A DNA stretch of 43,940 bases from positions 1 to 43,940 of the forward strand of contig JANNRU010000643.1 in assembly GCA_031401755.1 (NCBI GenBank). Reading direction: 5' to 3'. Source of the DNA: Acidobacteriota bacterium. Lineage in GTDB: Bacteria; Acidobacteriota; Polarisedimenticolia; Polarisedimenticolales; Polarisedimenticolaceae. Both the position numbers and the translations under genes were made by a program. The notes beneath the pieces were generated by a model, which did not search any database, was not told where the DNA came from, and saw only the letters and a program-made list of their open reading frames with translations. This document shows positions 22,242 to 30,154 of this stretch, in pieces; the first letter of the stretch is position 1, and each line of letters opens with the position of its first letter.

Positions 22242-24514
22242 TGTTTTCTCCCCACGCGAAGCGCCGATCGGATCGATTTCAACGGCCTGGCGGCGGTATC
22301 GCGCGGCGCGTTCGTGATGATCTCGGCGATTGAAGTCAACCCCTCGGCGGCCTTGAGCAGACCGTCCTCTTGCAGCGTCAGGAACTCGCTCAAGCGTCGC
22401 GCGGAGACTCGAAGTTCCTTTGCCGCCGCTCGGTGCATGACGAGATCGCGGAATTCATCGTCGGGCAACAGCACCTCGTGGATCGCGACGCGGCCGCGAT
22501 AACCGGTACCGTTGCACTGCCCGCACCCGACGGCTACCTGAAAAGCCTGCCCACGATAGTCCTCACGCTCCAAGCCGAGAAAGCGCTGCTCAGCTCGATT
22601 CGGGTCCCCGGGCTTACGACACTGCGTGCAGAGCCTGCGCACCAGGCGCTGCGCGACCACGGCCGTTACGGTCGAAGCCACGAGAAACGGCTCAGCGCCC
22701 ATCTCGAGCAATCGCACGAAGGCGCCGACGCTGTCCTCGGTGTGAAAGGTCGAGTAGACCTTGTGCCCGGTCAGTGCCGATTCCAGCGCCAAACTGACGG
22801 TCACCTCGTCGCGAACCTCGCCGATGACGATGGTGTCCGGATCCTGACGCACGATCGCGCGAAGCGAGTCGGCAAAAGTCGGGCCGGTCTTCTGGTTCAC
22901 GCTGCACTGCACGACCCCGGGCATGACGTACTCCACGGGATCTTCGGCCGTGATCACTTTCTCGGTCGGATCGTTGGCGTGACTGATGAACGAATACAGC
23001 GTCGTCGTTTTGCCGCTGCCCGTCGGTCCGACGATCAGCACGAGTCCCGACGAGGCTTCCAGAACGATCTCGGTCAAGGAAGCAAAAGCCCGGGGTGTGA
23101 AGCCGATCTTATCGATCGGAACGATCCCCCGGCTACGGTCGAGCAACCGCAGGACCATCGTTTCGCCATGCACCGAGACGTAGCTCGACACACGGATATC
23201 GATGTCGCGACCGTCGATCCGAACGTAGATCTTTCCGTCCTGGTGCAACCGTTTTTCGGAGATGTCGCAACTGGCCAAGATCTTCAAGCGTGAGCAGATC
23301 CGCGGCGCAAACTCGATCGGGAGGTCAGTCAGCGGGATCAGCACGCCGTCGACTCGTACCCGGACGCGAAGCTTGTCTTGCATTGGTTCGATGTGTAGGT
23401 CGCTGGCGACGAGTTGCAGTGCGCGCGCAAGTAGGTAGTCCACGATCTGGACCGCTTCTTCACCGTTCTCATCCGCGTTTCCGACTTCGCCGATCTCGCG
23501 GTACTGAAGGGTGGGCGCACCGGGTTCGTCCGTGCTGCTTCCACGCAGTCGCTCGATCGTGTTCAGCGCTTCGGTGATCTTTTCCGACGGACAGAGCACC
23601 GGTGTTACCGGGGCAGAAAAGATTCTCGACAGCTCGGCGATCAGATGATCGGCGTCGGGATCGGAGAGGAAGACTTGCACCCGGCCATCGACGATCGCCG
23701 ACGGAAGAACGTTGTTACGACGCAAGTACCGCATCGACGCTCGGCCGACGAGCTCGGTATCGACGGTGGCAATCTGGGGTTCGGCGAAGCGAAGCGAACG
23801 CTTGATTGCCAGCGCCTCGAGGAACGCGGCTTCGGTGACGAGCTTACCGGTGACCAGGATCAATCGATCCGAGAAATTCGGCTCGCTCGCGCGAGTCTTG
23901 AAAAACGCCGCGACATCCTCGTCGCTGAGATGACCCTTCGCCTGCAGCAAATCGACGAGCGACAGGCATGCCAGTCGCTCGTGGGCGATCCGTTGGAGGT
24001 CGTCACGGCTCAACTCACCGAGATCGAAAAGCACCTCCGCGAGCGGTTTCGGCCGACTCAGGCGCGCTGCAACCCGCCGTGCGCGCTCGAGCTGATCCTC
24101 GGTGACCTTCCCCAGGCGACGGATCGCATCGGTCTCGTCGCGCTCCTTGCGCGATTCGATGGCCGCACCGACGCCCCTTCGCAGTTCCTTGGTATCCCAG
24201 GGTTTGGACATTATGGCCAGGTCACCCAGGTCCCGGCGCACGTCGTCGGGTACCTCGAGCTGGTCCATCCCGGTCAGCATCATCAGTGGCGTATCCGGGT
24301 GCAACTCGTGGACTCGCTTCAGCAGGGACAGACCGTCCATCCCGGGCATCATGCGGTCGGAGATGACCAGATCGACGGGTCCACGGACTAACAGTTCGAG
24401 GGCCGCCTGGCCGCTGGTCGCCGTGAGGACCGAAGTCTGCTCATCGCTGAGCAGGCCTTCGAGCGCGCCGAGTATCGCGCGTTCGTCATCCACGACTAAA
24501 ATCTTGCGGTTCAT
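22238..24514 (-). CDS. Response-regulator receiver fused to a GspE/PilB-family (T2SS/T4P-type) secretion ATPase
   Basis: REC: ILVVDDE...LVISDRMMPGMDG...MMLTGM...IMSKP. T2SSE_N-like region. Walker A GPTGSGKTTT, Asp box AEDPVEY, Walker B IVIGEVRD, His box TGHKVYSTFHT. Tetracysteine CTQC...CGQC. The ATG overlaps the csrA stop (ATGA at 24511-24514). Confidence 0.9.
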   Translation of the reverse strand: MNRKILVVDDERAILGALEGLLSDEQTSVLTATSGQAALELLVRGPVDLVISDRMMPGMDGLSLLKRVHELHPDTPLMMLTGMDQLEVPDDVRRDLGDLAIMSKPWDTKELRRGVGAAIESRKERDETDAIRRLGKVTEDQLERARRVAARLSRPKPLAEVLFDLGELSRDDLQRIAHERLACLSLVDLLQAKGHLSDEDVAAFFKTRASEPNFSDRLILVTGKLVTEAAFLEALAIKRSLRFAEPQIATVDTELVGRASMRYLRRNNVLPSAIVDGRVQVFLSDPDADHLIAELSRIFSAPVTPVLCPSEKITEALNTIERLRGSSTDEPGAPTLQYREIGEVGNADENGEEAVQIVDYLLARALQLVASDLHIEPMQDKLRVRVRVDGVLIPLTDLPIEFAPRICSRLKILASCDISEKRLHQDGKIYVRIDGRDIDIRVSSYVSVHGETMVLRLLDRSRGIVPIDKIGFTPRAFASLTEIVLEASSGLVLIVGPTGSGKTTTLYSFISHANDPTEKVITAEDPVEYVMPGVVQCSVNQKTGPTFADSLRAIVRQDPDTIVIGEVRDEVTVSLALESALTGHKVYSTFHTEDSVGAFVRLLEMGAEPFLVASTVTAVVAQRLVRRLCTQCRKPGDPNRAEQRFLGLEREDYRGQAFQVAVGCGQCNGTGYRGRVAIHEVLLPDDEFRDLVMHRAAAKELRVSARRLSEFLTLQEDGLLKAAEGLTSIAEIITNAPRDTAARPLKSIRSALRVGRKQ

Positions 24515-24732
24515 TTACCGCTTCGATCGACTGGGGGCAGACAGGGAACTGCGGATCGTGCCGCTTCGTTGACGGCCGCGATCTCGCGGTGTAGCTCCGC
24601 GCGATAGATCGAAACGTCGGGCGGGGCCTCAAACCCCAGCCGAACGATTCCCGATGAGCATTCGATGACCGTAACGCGGATCTCGTTACCGATCACGACG
24701 CTCTCGCCGAGTTTTCGTGTCAAGACCAGCAC
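24511..24732 (-). CDS. csrA: Carbon storage regulator CsrA (FliW-partnered type)
   Basis: MLVLTRKLGESVVIGNEIRVTVIECSSGIVRLGFEAPPDVSIYRAEL. GTG start 5 nt after AGGAGG. Extended C-terminus, as in the FliW-regulated CsrAs. Confidence 0.92.
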   Translation of the reverse strand: MLVLTRKLGESVVIGNEIRVTVIECSSGIVRLGFEAPPDVSIYRAELHREIAAVNEAARSAVPCLPPVDRSGK

Positions 24733-24773
24733 CGGGACCTCCTGTCCCGCGGACGCGGTTTGCGCCCTGACCT

Positions 24774-24792
24774 CTCACCGCTCCGCGGTGAG
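24774..24792 (-). promoter_or_regulatory. GGA-loop hairpin in the fliW-csrA spacer (CsrA binding site candidate)
   Basis: The minus-strand RNA reads CUCACCGC-GGA-GCGGUGAG, an 8-bp perfect stem presenting GGA. A second GGA lies in the csrA SD (AGGAGG, 24738-24743), about 40 nt downstream. Confidence 0.4.
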
Positions 24793-24800
24793 TTCCTCGG

Positions 24801-25211
24801 CTACACCGTCTCGGCGACCAATCTTGCGCGTAGAGGCAGTCGACGATCGTCCAGGATCACCTGCGCACCGCAGCGGCGAGCGACGTTGATGACGATCGGC
24901 GCCCGCAGATTGGCCATCGGCCCTTCGGCCTCGATAGTCGCCACCGCGAGGATCAACAGCTCGCTCGTCTCGTCGAAGCCCAGCGCATCGGCCACGCGTT
25001 GACTGAACTCCGGCCGGTAGTCCGGGTCGACGAGAGTCGGGTCGACGACCGGCAGGTTGAAACCCGGAAGATCGGTGCTGCACAGGACACGAACCGGAGA
25101 GTCCGGACGAGCCAGCAGCTGGAAGTGACGAGCCTCCGGCACGCCGATGATCCCCTCCTCGAAATGAAGCCCGCTCGTGTCGTCGTCGATCGCTATTGCC
25201 GCCAGTGTCAT
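24801..25211 (-). CDS. fliW: Flagellar assembly factor FliW
   Basis: HFEEGIIGVPEARHFQLL...LPVVDPTLVDPDYRPEF...ANLRAPIVINV, a typical FliW. It sits immediately upstream of csrA. Confidence 0.9.
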   Translation of the reverse strand: MTLAAIAIDDDTSGLHFEEGIIGVPEARHFQLLARPDSPVRVLCSTDLPGFNLPVVDPTLVDPDYRPEFSQRVADALGFDETSELLILAVATIEAEGPMANLRAPIVINVARRCGAQVILDDRRLPLRARLVAETV

Positions 25212-25214
25212 GGT

Positions 25215-26084
25215 TCACCCCAGATAATCGAAAAGGGACCGTTGAAAGACCTTCGCCGCGCCGGCCGACAGCGCGTCGAGGGTCGTCGAGGCCGAAGTCA
25301 ATTCGAATGCCGTCTGCTCGATGTCGGCATCCTCGAGCTCGCCGATACGCAACTTCAGTCGCAGGGCCGAGTCCGCGCCGCGATCGAGCGCTTGCTCGAT
25401 CCGAACCAAGCGATCGCCGACCTCGGCGCGATTGACGCCCAGGCGATCGAGGGCATTCTTCAATTCGGGGAGCCGTGCTTCGATCGCCGCGGTGTCGTTG
25501 TCCCGCAAAGCTTGGGCCAGGTTGCCCATGAGCGCGAACAGGTCGCCGTCGGTGACGAAGATCCGCTCGCCCGACAGCGTCGTACCGACGGTCTGTGATT
25601 CGTCGATCGCTGCCTGTGCTTCGCCGTCGTTGCCGGCGTAGGCGCCACTGGCATCGAACGGCGGCGCGAGCGTTTCGGTTCCACCGAACAGATAACGTCC
25701 GTCCTGTTCGGTGTTGGACAGGAACAACAGCCGCTCGCGCAGCTGGTCGATCTGGCCCGCCTGGATTTCACGTTGCTGGTCGGAGGCCGCACCCGCTCCC
25801 AGAGCGATCGTCCGCGCCTCGCTGATCAGATTGAAGACCTCCCCCAGCGTCACGTCGATCGTATTCAACTCGAACGCGGCCGACTGCGCCGATCGCCGTA
25901 ACCCTTCGGTCCGGACGAGTCGCGCGCGCAACTCCAGCGAAGCCGCGGCGGCGACCGGGTCGTCCGACGCGTGGCGCACGCGCTTGCCGTCGCCGAGCTG
26001 CGCCAGCGCGCGATCCAACGTTCGCCGCTGGTTGCGGATGCCGCGCAGGTAGGTCTCTTGCAGGATCGCGTCACTGACTCTCAA
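25215..26084 (-). CDS. flgL: Flagellar hook-associated protein 3 FlgL
   Basis: Flagellin-like N-terminus RVRHASDDPVAAAASLELRARL and C-terminus DADIEQTAFELTSASTTLDALSAGAAKV. TTG start with GGAGAG SD. Confidence 0.85.
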   Translation of the reverse strand: MRVSDAILQETYLRGIRNQRRTLDRALAQLGDGKRVRHASDDPVAAAASLELRARLVRTEGLRRSAQSAAFELNTIDVTLGEVFNLISEARTIALGAGAASDQQREIQAGQIDQLRERLLFLSNTEQDGRYLFGGTETLAPPFDASGAYAGNDGEAQAAIDESQTVGTTLSGERIFVTDGDLFALMGNLAQALRDNDTAAIEARLPELKNALDRLGVNRAEVGDRLVRIEQALDRGADSALRLKLRIGELEDADIEQTAFELTSASTTLDALSAGAAKVFQRSLFDYLG

Positions 26085-26100
26085 GTGTGTCTCTCCGAGC

Positions 26101-27489
26101 TCAGCGCAGGTTGATTGCGGTTTCGGTCACTTCGTTCAAGACCTGGATGAAGCGGGCCGCCGCTTCGAACGCGCGCTGGAAACGGACCAGTTCGACGGCC
26201 TCCTCGTCGAGCGAGACGCCGGTGATCGAATCGCGACGGGCGACGAGCCCGTCCAGGACGCTCTCGGCGACATTGCCGGCGACATCGGCATCGGCGATCT
26301 GCCCCCCGAGGGTCGAAGCGACCTCGGCCAGAAACTGCGCGGGCGTCCGGTTCCCCAGTGCGGCCGAGGCGGTCGTCTGCAACCGAGAGAGCTCGACCGC
26401 TAGCGCGCCGTCACCCGGCGCACCGTCGGCGGAGATGGCCAGCAACGAAGGATCGGCGACGACTTGTGAATTGACGACGATCGATCGCGCCGCACCCGTG
26501 GCCGGAGCGGGGTCCGGGTCGAACAGGGGGACCCCCGTGGATCCGTCTAGGGCCGTTCCAGATGTGGTCAGTGCGTTCGCGCGCGTGATCAGATCGGCGG
26601 CCAGGCGATCGAGCTCGGCCAATCGAGCGGGAATCGCGTCGTCACGCACGGACAAAAGAGCGCCGAGCTTACCTCCACGCAGGCGACTGGTGATGATTTG
26701 ACCATCGGGGCCCTTAAGCTGGAGGATGCCATTGGCGTCACGGGTCTTTCCGAGTGGAAAAGCCGTGTCGGCGTTGACCAGTGTCGTACCCGACGGCAAC
26801 GAGAACAGGACGCGGCTGCCGTCGGCCGAAGTTGCGCTGCCGCCGGTCAGCTCGACCAGGGACTCAACGACCACTTGCCGTTGATCGCGCAGCGGCGCGG
26901 CCACCGCTCCATCTGCCTCCTCGGAGAGGATGCGTCGATTCAGCGCGGCGAGATCGTTCGCCAGCCGGTTGATCTCGCCGGTCAGTTGCTCGATGCTCCC
27001 GTCTTCCGCGCGGCGCTGGTCATCCAGTCGCGTGTAGGTGTCGCGGATCTGGCGCGTCAAACTTTCGGCCGAGGAGACCGCGGATCGGCGCAACGCCGGA
27101 CTCTCGGGTGACGAGGCCAGGTTGCCGAACGCATCGGTGAACCCGGCCCAGGCTGAGGCGATCCCATCACCGTCGAGCGAGCCAAACGTCGCCTCGATCT
27201 CTTGCAGCCCGCGCAGGCGTTCGCGCGATCCGGATAGATTGCCGCGCTCGCGCTCGAGGGTGACCTGCAGGAATCGATCCTCGGCCCGGCGGATCCGTGC
27301 GACCTCGACGCCGCTGTCGAGAAAGCCGCCCTGCACGCGGACCAGGAATCCAGGGGTCAGGTCGACACGGCGTCGGGCGTAGCCGGGCGTCGATGCGTTG
27401 GCGATGTTGTCGCCGGCGACCTGCAGGCCGATCCGCGCCGCGCTCAGCGCGCGGGTCCCGAGGTCGAAATAGGAAAAAAGACCGCTCAT
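26101..27489 (-). CDS. flgK: Flagellar hook-associated protein 1 FlgK
   Basis: N-terminus GLQVAGDNIANASTPGYARRRV. C-terminus VSLDEEAVELVRFQRAFEAAARFIQVLNE. The ATG overlaps the flgN stop. Confidence 0.9.
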   Translation of the reverse strand: MSGLFSYFDLGTRALSAARIGLQVAGDNIANASTPGYARRRVDLTPGFLVRVQGGFLDSGVEVARIRRAEDRFLQVTLERERGNLSGSRERLRGLQEIEATFGSLDGDGIASAWAGFTDAFGNLASSPESPALRRSAVSSAESLTRQIRDTYTRLDDQRRAEDGSIEQLTGEINRLANDLAALNRRILSEEADGAVAAPLRDQRQVVVESLVELTGGSATSADGSRVLFSLPSGTTLVNADTAFPLGKTRDANGILQLKGPDGQIITSRLRGGKLGALLSVRDDAIPARLAELDRLAADLITRANALTTSGTALDGSTGVPLFDPDPAPATGAARSIVVNSQVVADPSLLAISADGAPGDGALAVELSRLQTTASAALGNRTPAQFLAEVASTLGGQIADADVAGNVAESVLDGLVARRDSITGVSLDEEAVELVRFQRAFEAAARFIQVLNEVTETAINLR

Positions 27490-27905
27490 ACGCGTTGCCT
27501 CAAGCGGAGACCGTCGACCCGCGCCTCCTGGGCGCGGCCCGTCGGACCGTAGGTTTCTTCGGTCCCGTGGATCAACTCGATCAGTCGACGATTGATCTGG
27601 ATCAGGCGCGCCAGCAGCGCACCGTCGATCGCGGTCGAACGTGCGAGATCGGTCAAGGTCTGATCGAGGCGCGTTCGGGCTGCGCGCAACTCATCGAGGT
27701 CGCCCGCAGGTGCGCGACCGAATTCGGCAGCGAGCAACTTCGATTCGAGCGCCAGCGTCTCGAGGCGCGCCGTCACGCCGTCGATCGCGTCGGCATCCCC
27801 GTTACGCAGGGCGGCGCGCATCTGGCGATCGAGCTCGGCCGCCCCCACAAGGCGGCGGCACAGCTCATCGACGAGCCTCGCCCGGGGGCGGGCTCCGTCT
27901 GCCAT
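27486..27905 (-). CDS. flgN: FlgN-like flagellar export chaperone
   Basis: 139-aa helical protein in the flgM-flgN-flgK position, with a heptad-like Leu pattern (LDRQMRAALRNGDADAIDGVTARLETLALESKLL). The start at 27905 lies 1 nt after the flgM stop. An alternative ATG is at 27923. Confidence 0.55.
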   Translation of the reverse strand: MADGARPRARLVDELCRRLVGAAELDRQMRAALRNGDADAIDGVTARLETLALESKLLAAEFGRAPAGDLDELRAARTRLDQTLTDLARSTAIDGALLARLIQINRRLIELIHGTEETYGPTGRAQEARVDGLRLRQRV

Positions 27906-27906
27906 C

Positions 27907-28203
27907 TCAGCGGACGAGGCCATCCTCGAACTCCACCAGCGACTCGGCGACCCGCTTCGGATCGACTCGATAGGTTCCGTCGGCGAGCGCGTGCTTGAGC
28001 TCTTCGATACGCGATTCGCGGATCTCGGGAAGCTCGCGCACCCGATCGACGAGGGACTTGATTTGTCGTGCGCTTTCCGAAAGCTCGAGGCGGTCGGCCG
28101 CCTCGCGGCGCTTGGAGTCGACGGCTGCCGGCTGGGACTCGCGCCCCGGGGCTTTACCTGATCGCTCCGCTCCTCCGGGTCCGCCAATCGGTTCAATGGC
28201 CAT
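27907..28203 (-). CDS. flgM: Anti-sigma-28 factor FlgM
   Basis: 98 aa with a disordered N-terminus. C-terminal FlgM signature IEELKHALADGTYRVDPKRVAESLVEFE. The ATG at 28203 has a GGGAGG SD. Confidence 0.85.
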   Translation of the reverse strand: MAIEPIGGPGGAERSGKAPGRESQPAAVDSKRREAADRLELSESARQIKSLVDRVRELPEIRESRIEELKHALADGTYRVDPKRVAESLVEFEDGLVR

Positions 28204-29026
28204 TCTTGTTGCCTCCCTCGTTCTTTTTATCGGCCGGCGACCCGAGAACTTGAGTGGCCAGTGGGCCTGGGGCGGCGAACGCCGGGTCCGCATTTGCCCC
28301 GTTTTTTCGAGCTTCGAAGTGCAGATGGGGCCCGGTCGCCCGGCCGCTCTGTCCGACCTTACCGAGCGCCTGTCCGCGCACGACCCACTGCCCCTCGCTC
28401 ACGTCGGCCCCGGAAAGGTGCGCATAGCGGGTCCGCCAGCCCTGCGCGTGCTCCAGCTCGATGAGCAAGCCGTAGGAGCCTCGCGGACCGACATCGACCA
28501 CGCGGCCGGGCGCAATCGCCAGCACCGGGGTTCCGGTCGGGGCCGCCAGATCGACTCCGGCGTGGAAGCGGCCACGGCCGTCGATCGGATCGTTCCCCCA
28601 GCCGTAGCTGCGGGAGATCCGGGGCGGAGAGGCCGCCGGCGACGCCGAGCCTAGCCCGTCCGAGGCGGCCGTGGCAGTTTCGTAGGCGTTGCGTGCGCGA
28701 AGCCCGTTCAGCCGCTCGAGTGCCGGCTCGACCTCGCTCCCACGCCCACGGGTCCACTGCTCTTCGAGCAACTTTGCGATTCCGAGGGGCGAGCGCTCGG
28801 CGACCGATTCTCCCAGATGCTGTTCGAACAGGCCGTCGTAGATCGCAGAGCCGGTACCTCCGCCGAAAAATCCCTCCTCGAGCTGGGCTTCGCGCATCCG
28901 CGAGATCAAGGTCTGGAGGAACAACGACTCGAAGGCGCGCGCCGCCTGACGCAACGCGAGGCGCTCGGACGAGCCGTTGTCGGCGCCCGGAGCGAGTCGA
29001 GTGACGGCGAGCGACGTCTCGCTCAC
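28193..29026 (-). CDS. flgJ: FlgJ-type rod-binding protein fused to an M23 (LytM-type) peptidase domain
   Basis: Rod-binding domain AARAFESLFLQTLISRMREA...SAIYDGLFEQHLGESVA. M23 domain HAGVDLAAPTGTPVLA...GLLIELEH...YAHLS...SGRATGPHLHFE. GTGA overlap with the flgI stop. Confidence 0.85.
   Translation of the reverse strand: MSETSLAVTRLAPGADNGSSERLALRQAARAFESLFLQTLISRMREAQLEEGFFGGGTGSAIYDGLFEQHLGESVAERSPLGIAKLLEEQWTRGRGSEVEPALERLNGLRARNAYETATAASDGLGSASPAASPPRISRSYGWGNDPIDGRGRFHAGVDLAAPTGTPVLAIAPGRVVDVGPRGSYGLLIELEHAQGWRTRYAHLSGADVSEGQWVVRGQALGKVGQSGRATGPHLHFEARKNGANADPAFAAPGPLATQVLGSPADKKNEGGNKNGH
28227..28253 (-). promoter_or_regulatory. Sigma28 (FliA)-type promoter of flgM, embedded in the 3' end of flgJ
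   Basis: The minus strand reads TCAAGTTCTCGGGTCGCCGGCCGATAA (TCAA-N15-GCCGATAA). The -10 box ends 23 nt upstream of the flgM ATG. Confidence 0.65.
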
Positions 29027-30141
29027 ATCAACACCAGCTCGGCGTGCAGCGCGCCGGCAGCTTGGATCGCCTGGAGGATCGCGATCATGTCGCGTGATGA
29101 GACACCGAGCGCATTCAACGCGTTGACGAGCTCGGCGACGGAAACGCCCTCTTCGAGCGTGACGACGTGGCTCGGCTCTTCGGTGGCGACCACTTCGCGC
29201 TGCGGCAGCACTACGGTCTCTCCTTTCTGGGAGAACGGACCGGGTTGGCTGGCTTCGAGTTGTGTTCGGACCTCGATCGACAGGTTGCCGTGAGCCAAGG
29301 CCACACGAGAGACGCGGACATCGTTGCCCATCACGACCGTGCCCGTACGCTCGTTGATCGCGATACGCGCGACGACATCGGGCCGTGCTTCCAACGCTTC
29401 GAGCTGCGCTAGTAGACCGACCGGGTCGCCGGCGAGAGTCTCGGGCGGCGTGATCCGGACGGCGGTCGCATCCTCGGCGTGCGCGACCGGTGCCGAGAAA
29501 TGATCGTTGATCACAGCGGCTACCCGATTCGCGGTCGCAAAATCGGGTTGCCGCAGGAGCAGGTTGAACGGGACTCCGGCTCGAAGCGTGAACGGCACCG
29601 TACGTTCGACGACGGCGCCCTCGGCGATGCGGCCTGCGGTCGGATGGTTCTTCTGCACCGAGTTGCCGCCGCCACCGCCGAGGAAGGCGCCGCCGAGCGA
29701 GACCGCACCCTGAGCGGCCGCGTAGATCTCGCCGTCGGGTCCGGTGAGCGGGGTGAGCAAGAGCTGTCCGCCTTGAAGGGTCTTCGCGTCGCCCATCGAC
29801 GAGACTTGCACATCGATGCGTTGCCCCGCCCGGACGAATGGCGGTAGGTCCGCAGTGACCAGCACAGCGGCGACGTTTCGAACGCGGATCTCGTCCGGCG
29901 GGACGGCGATCCCACTTCGACGCAGCAAGTTTGCGATCGATTGGATCGTAAACTTGGCCTGGGTTCCGTCCCCGGTGCCCTGCAGACCGACGACGAGTCC
30001 GTAACCGATCAGCGGGTTCCGGCGCACGCCCTCGACGTCGGTAAGATCCTTGATGCGCACCGGCGGCGCGGCCAACGCAGGCACAGCCAGCCAGGTGGCG
30101 ACGAACAGAATCAGAATGATGCGCACGCGAGCTGTTGACAT
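29023..30141 (-). CDS. flgI: Flagellar P-ring protein FlgI
   Basis: Signal peptide, then RIKDLTDVEGVRRNPLIGYGLVVGLQGTGD, and the C-terminal ALNALGVSSRDMIAILQAIQAAGALHAELV. Confidence 0.95.
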   Translation of the reverse strand: MSTARVRIILILFVATWLAVPALAAPPVRIKDLTDVEGVRRNPLIGYGLVVGLQGTGDGTQAKFTIQSIANLLRRSGIAVPPDEIRVRNVAAVLVTADLPPFVRAGQRIDVQVSSMGDAKTLQGGQLLLTPLTGPDGEIYAAAQGAVSLGGAFLGGGGGNSVQKNHPTAGRIAEGAVVERTVPFTLRAGVPFNLLLRQPDFATANRVAAVINDHFSAPVAHAEDATAVRITPPETLAGDPVGLLAQLEALEARPDVVARIAINERTGTVVMGNDVRVSRVALAHGNLSIEVRTQLEASQPGPFSQKGETVVLPQREVVATEEPSHVVTLEEGVSVAELVNALNALGVSSRDMIAILQAIQAAGALHAELVLM

Positions 30142-30154
30142 GGGTCCCCCGGGA

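Noticed and set aside
27486-28196. 236-aa ORF treated as a single gene
   Set aside because: Its upstream half overlaps flgM, which is in another frame and has a clear FlgM C-terminal signature and SD. Only the part downstream of the ATG at 27905 is kept, as flgN.
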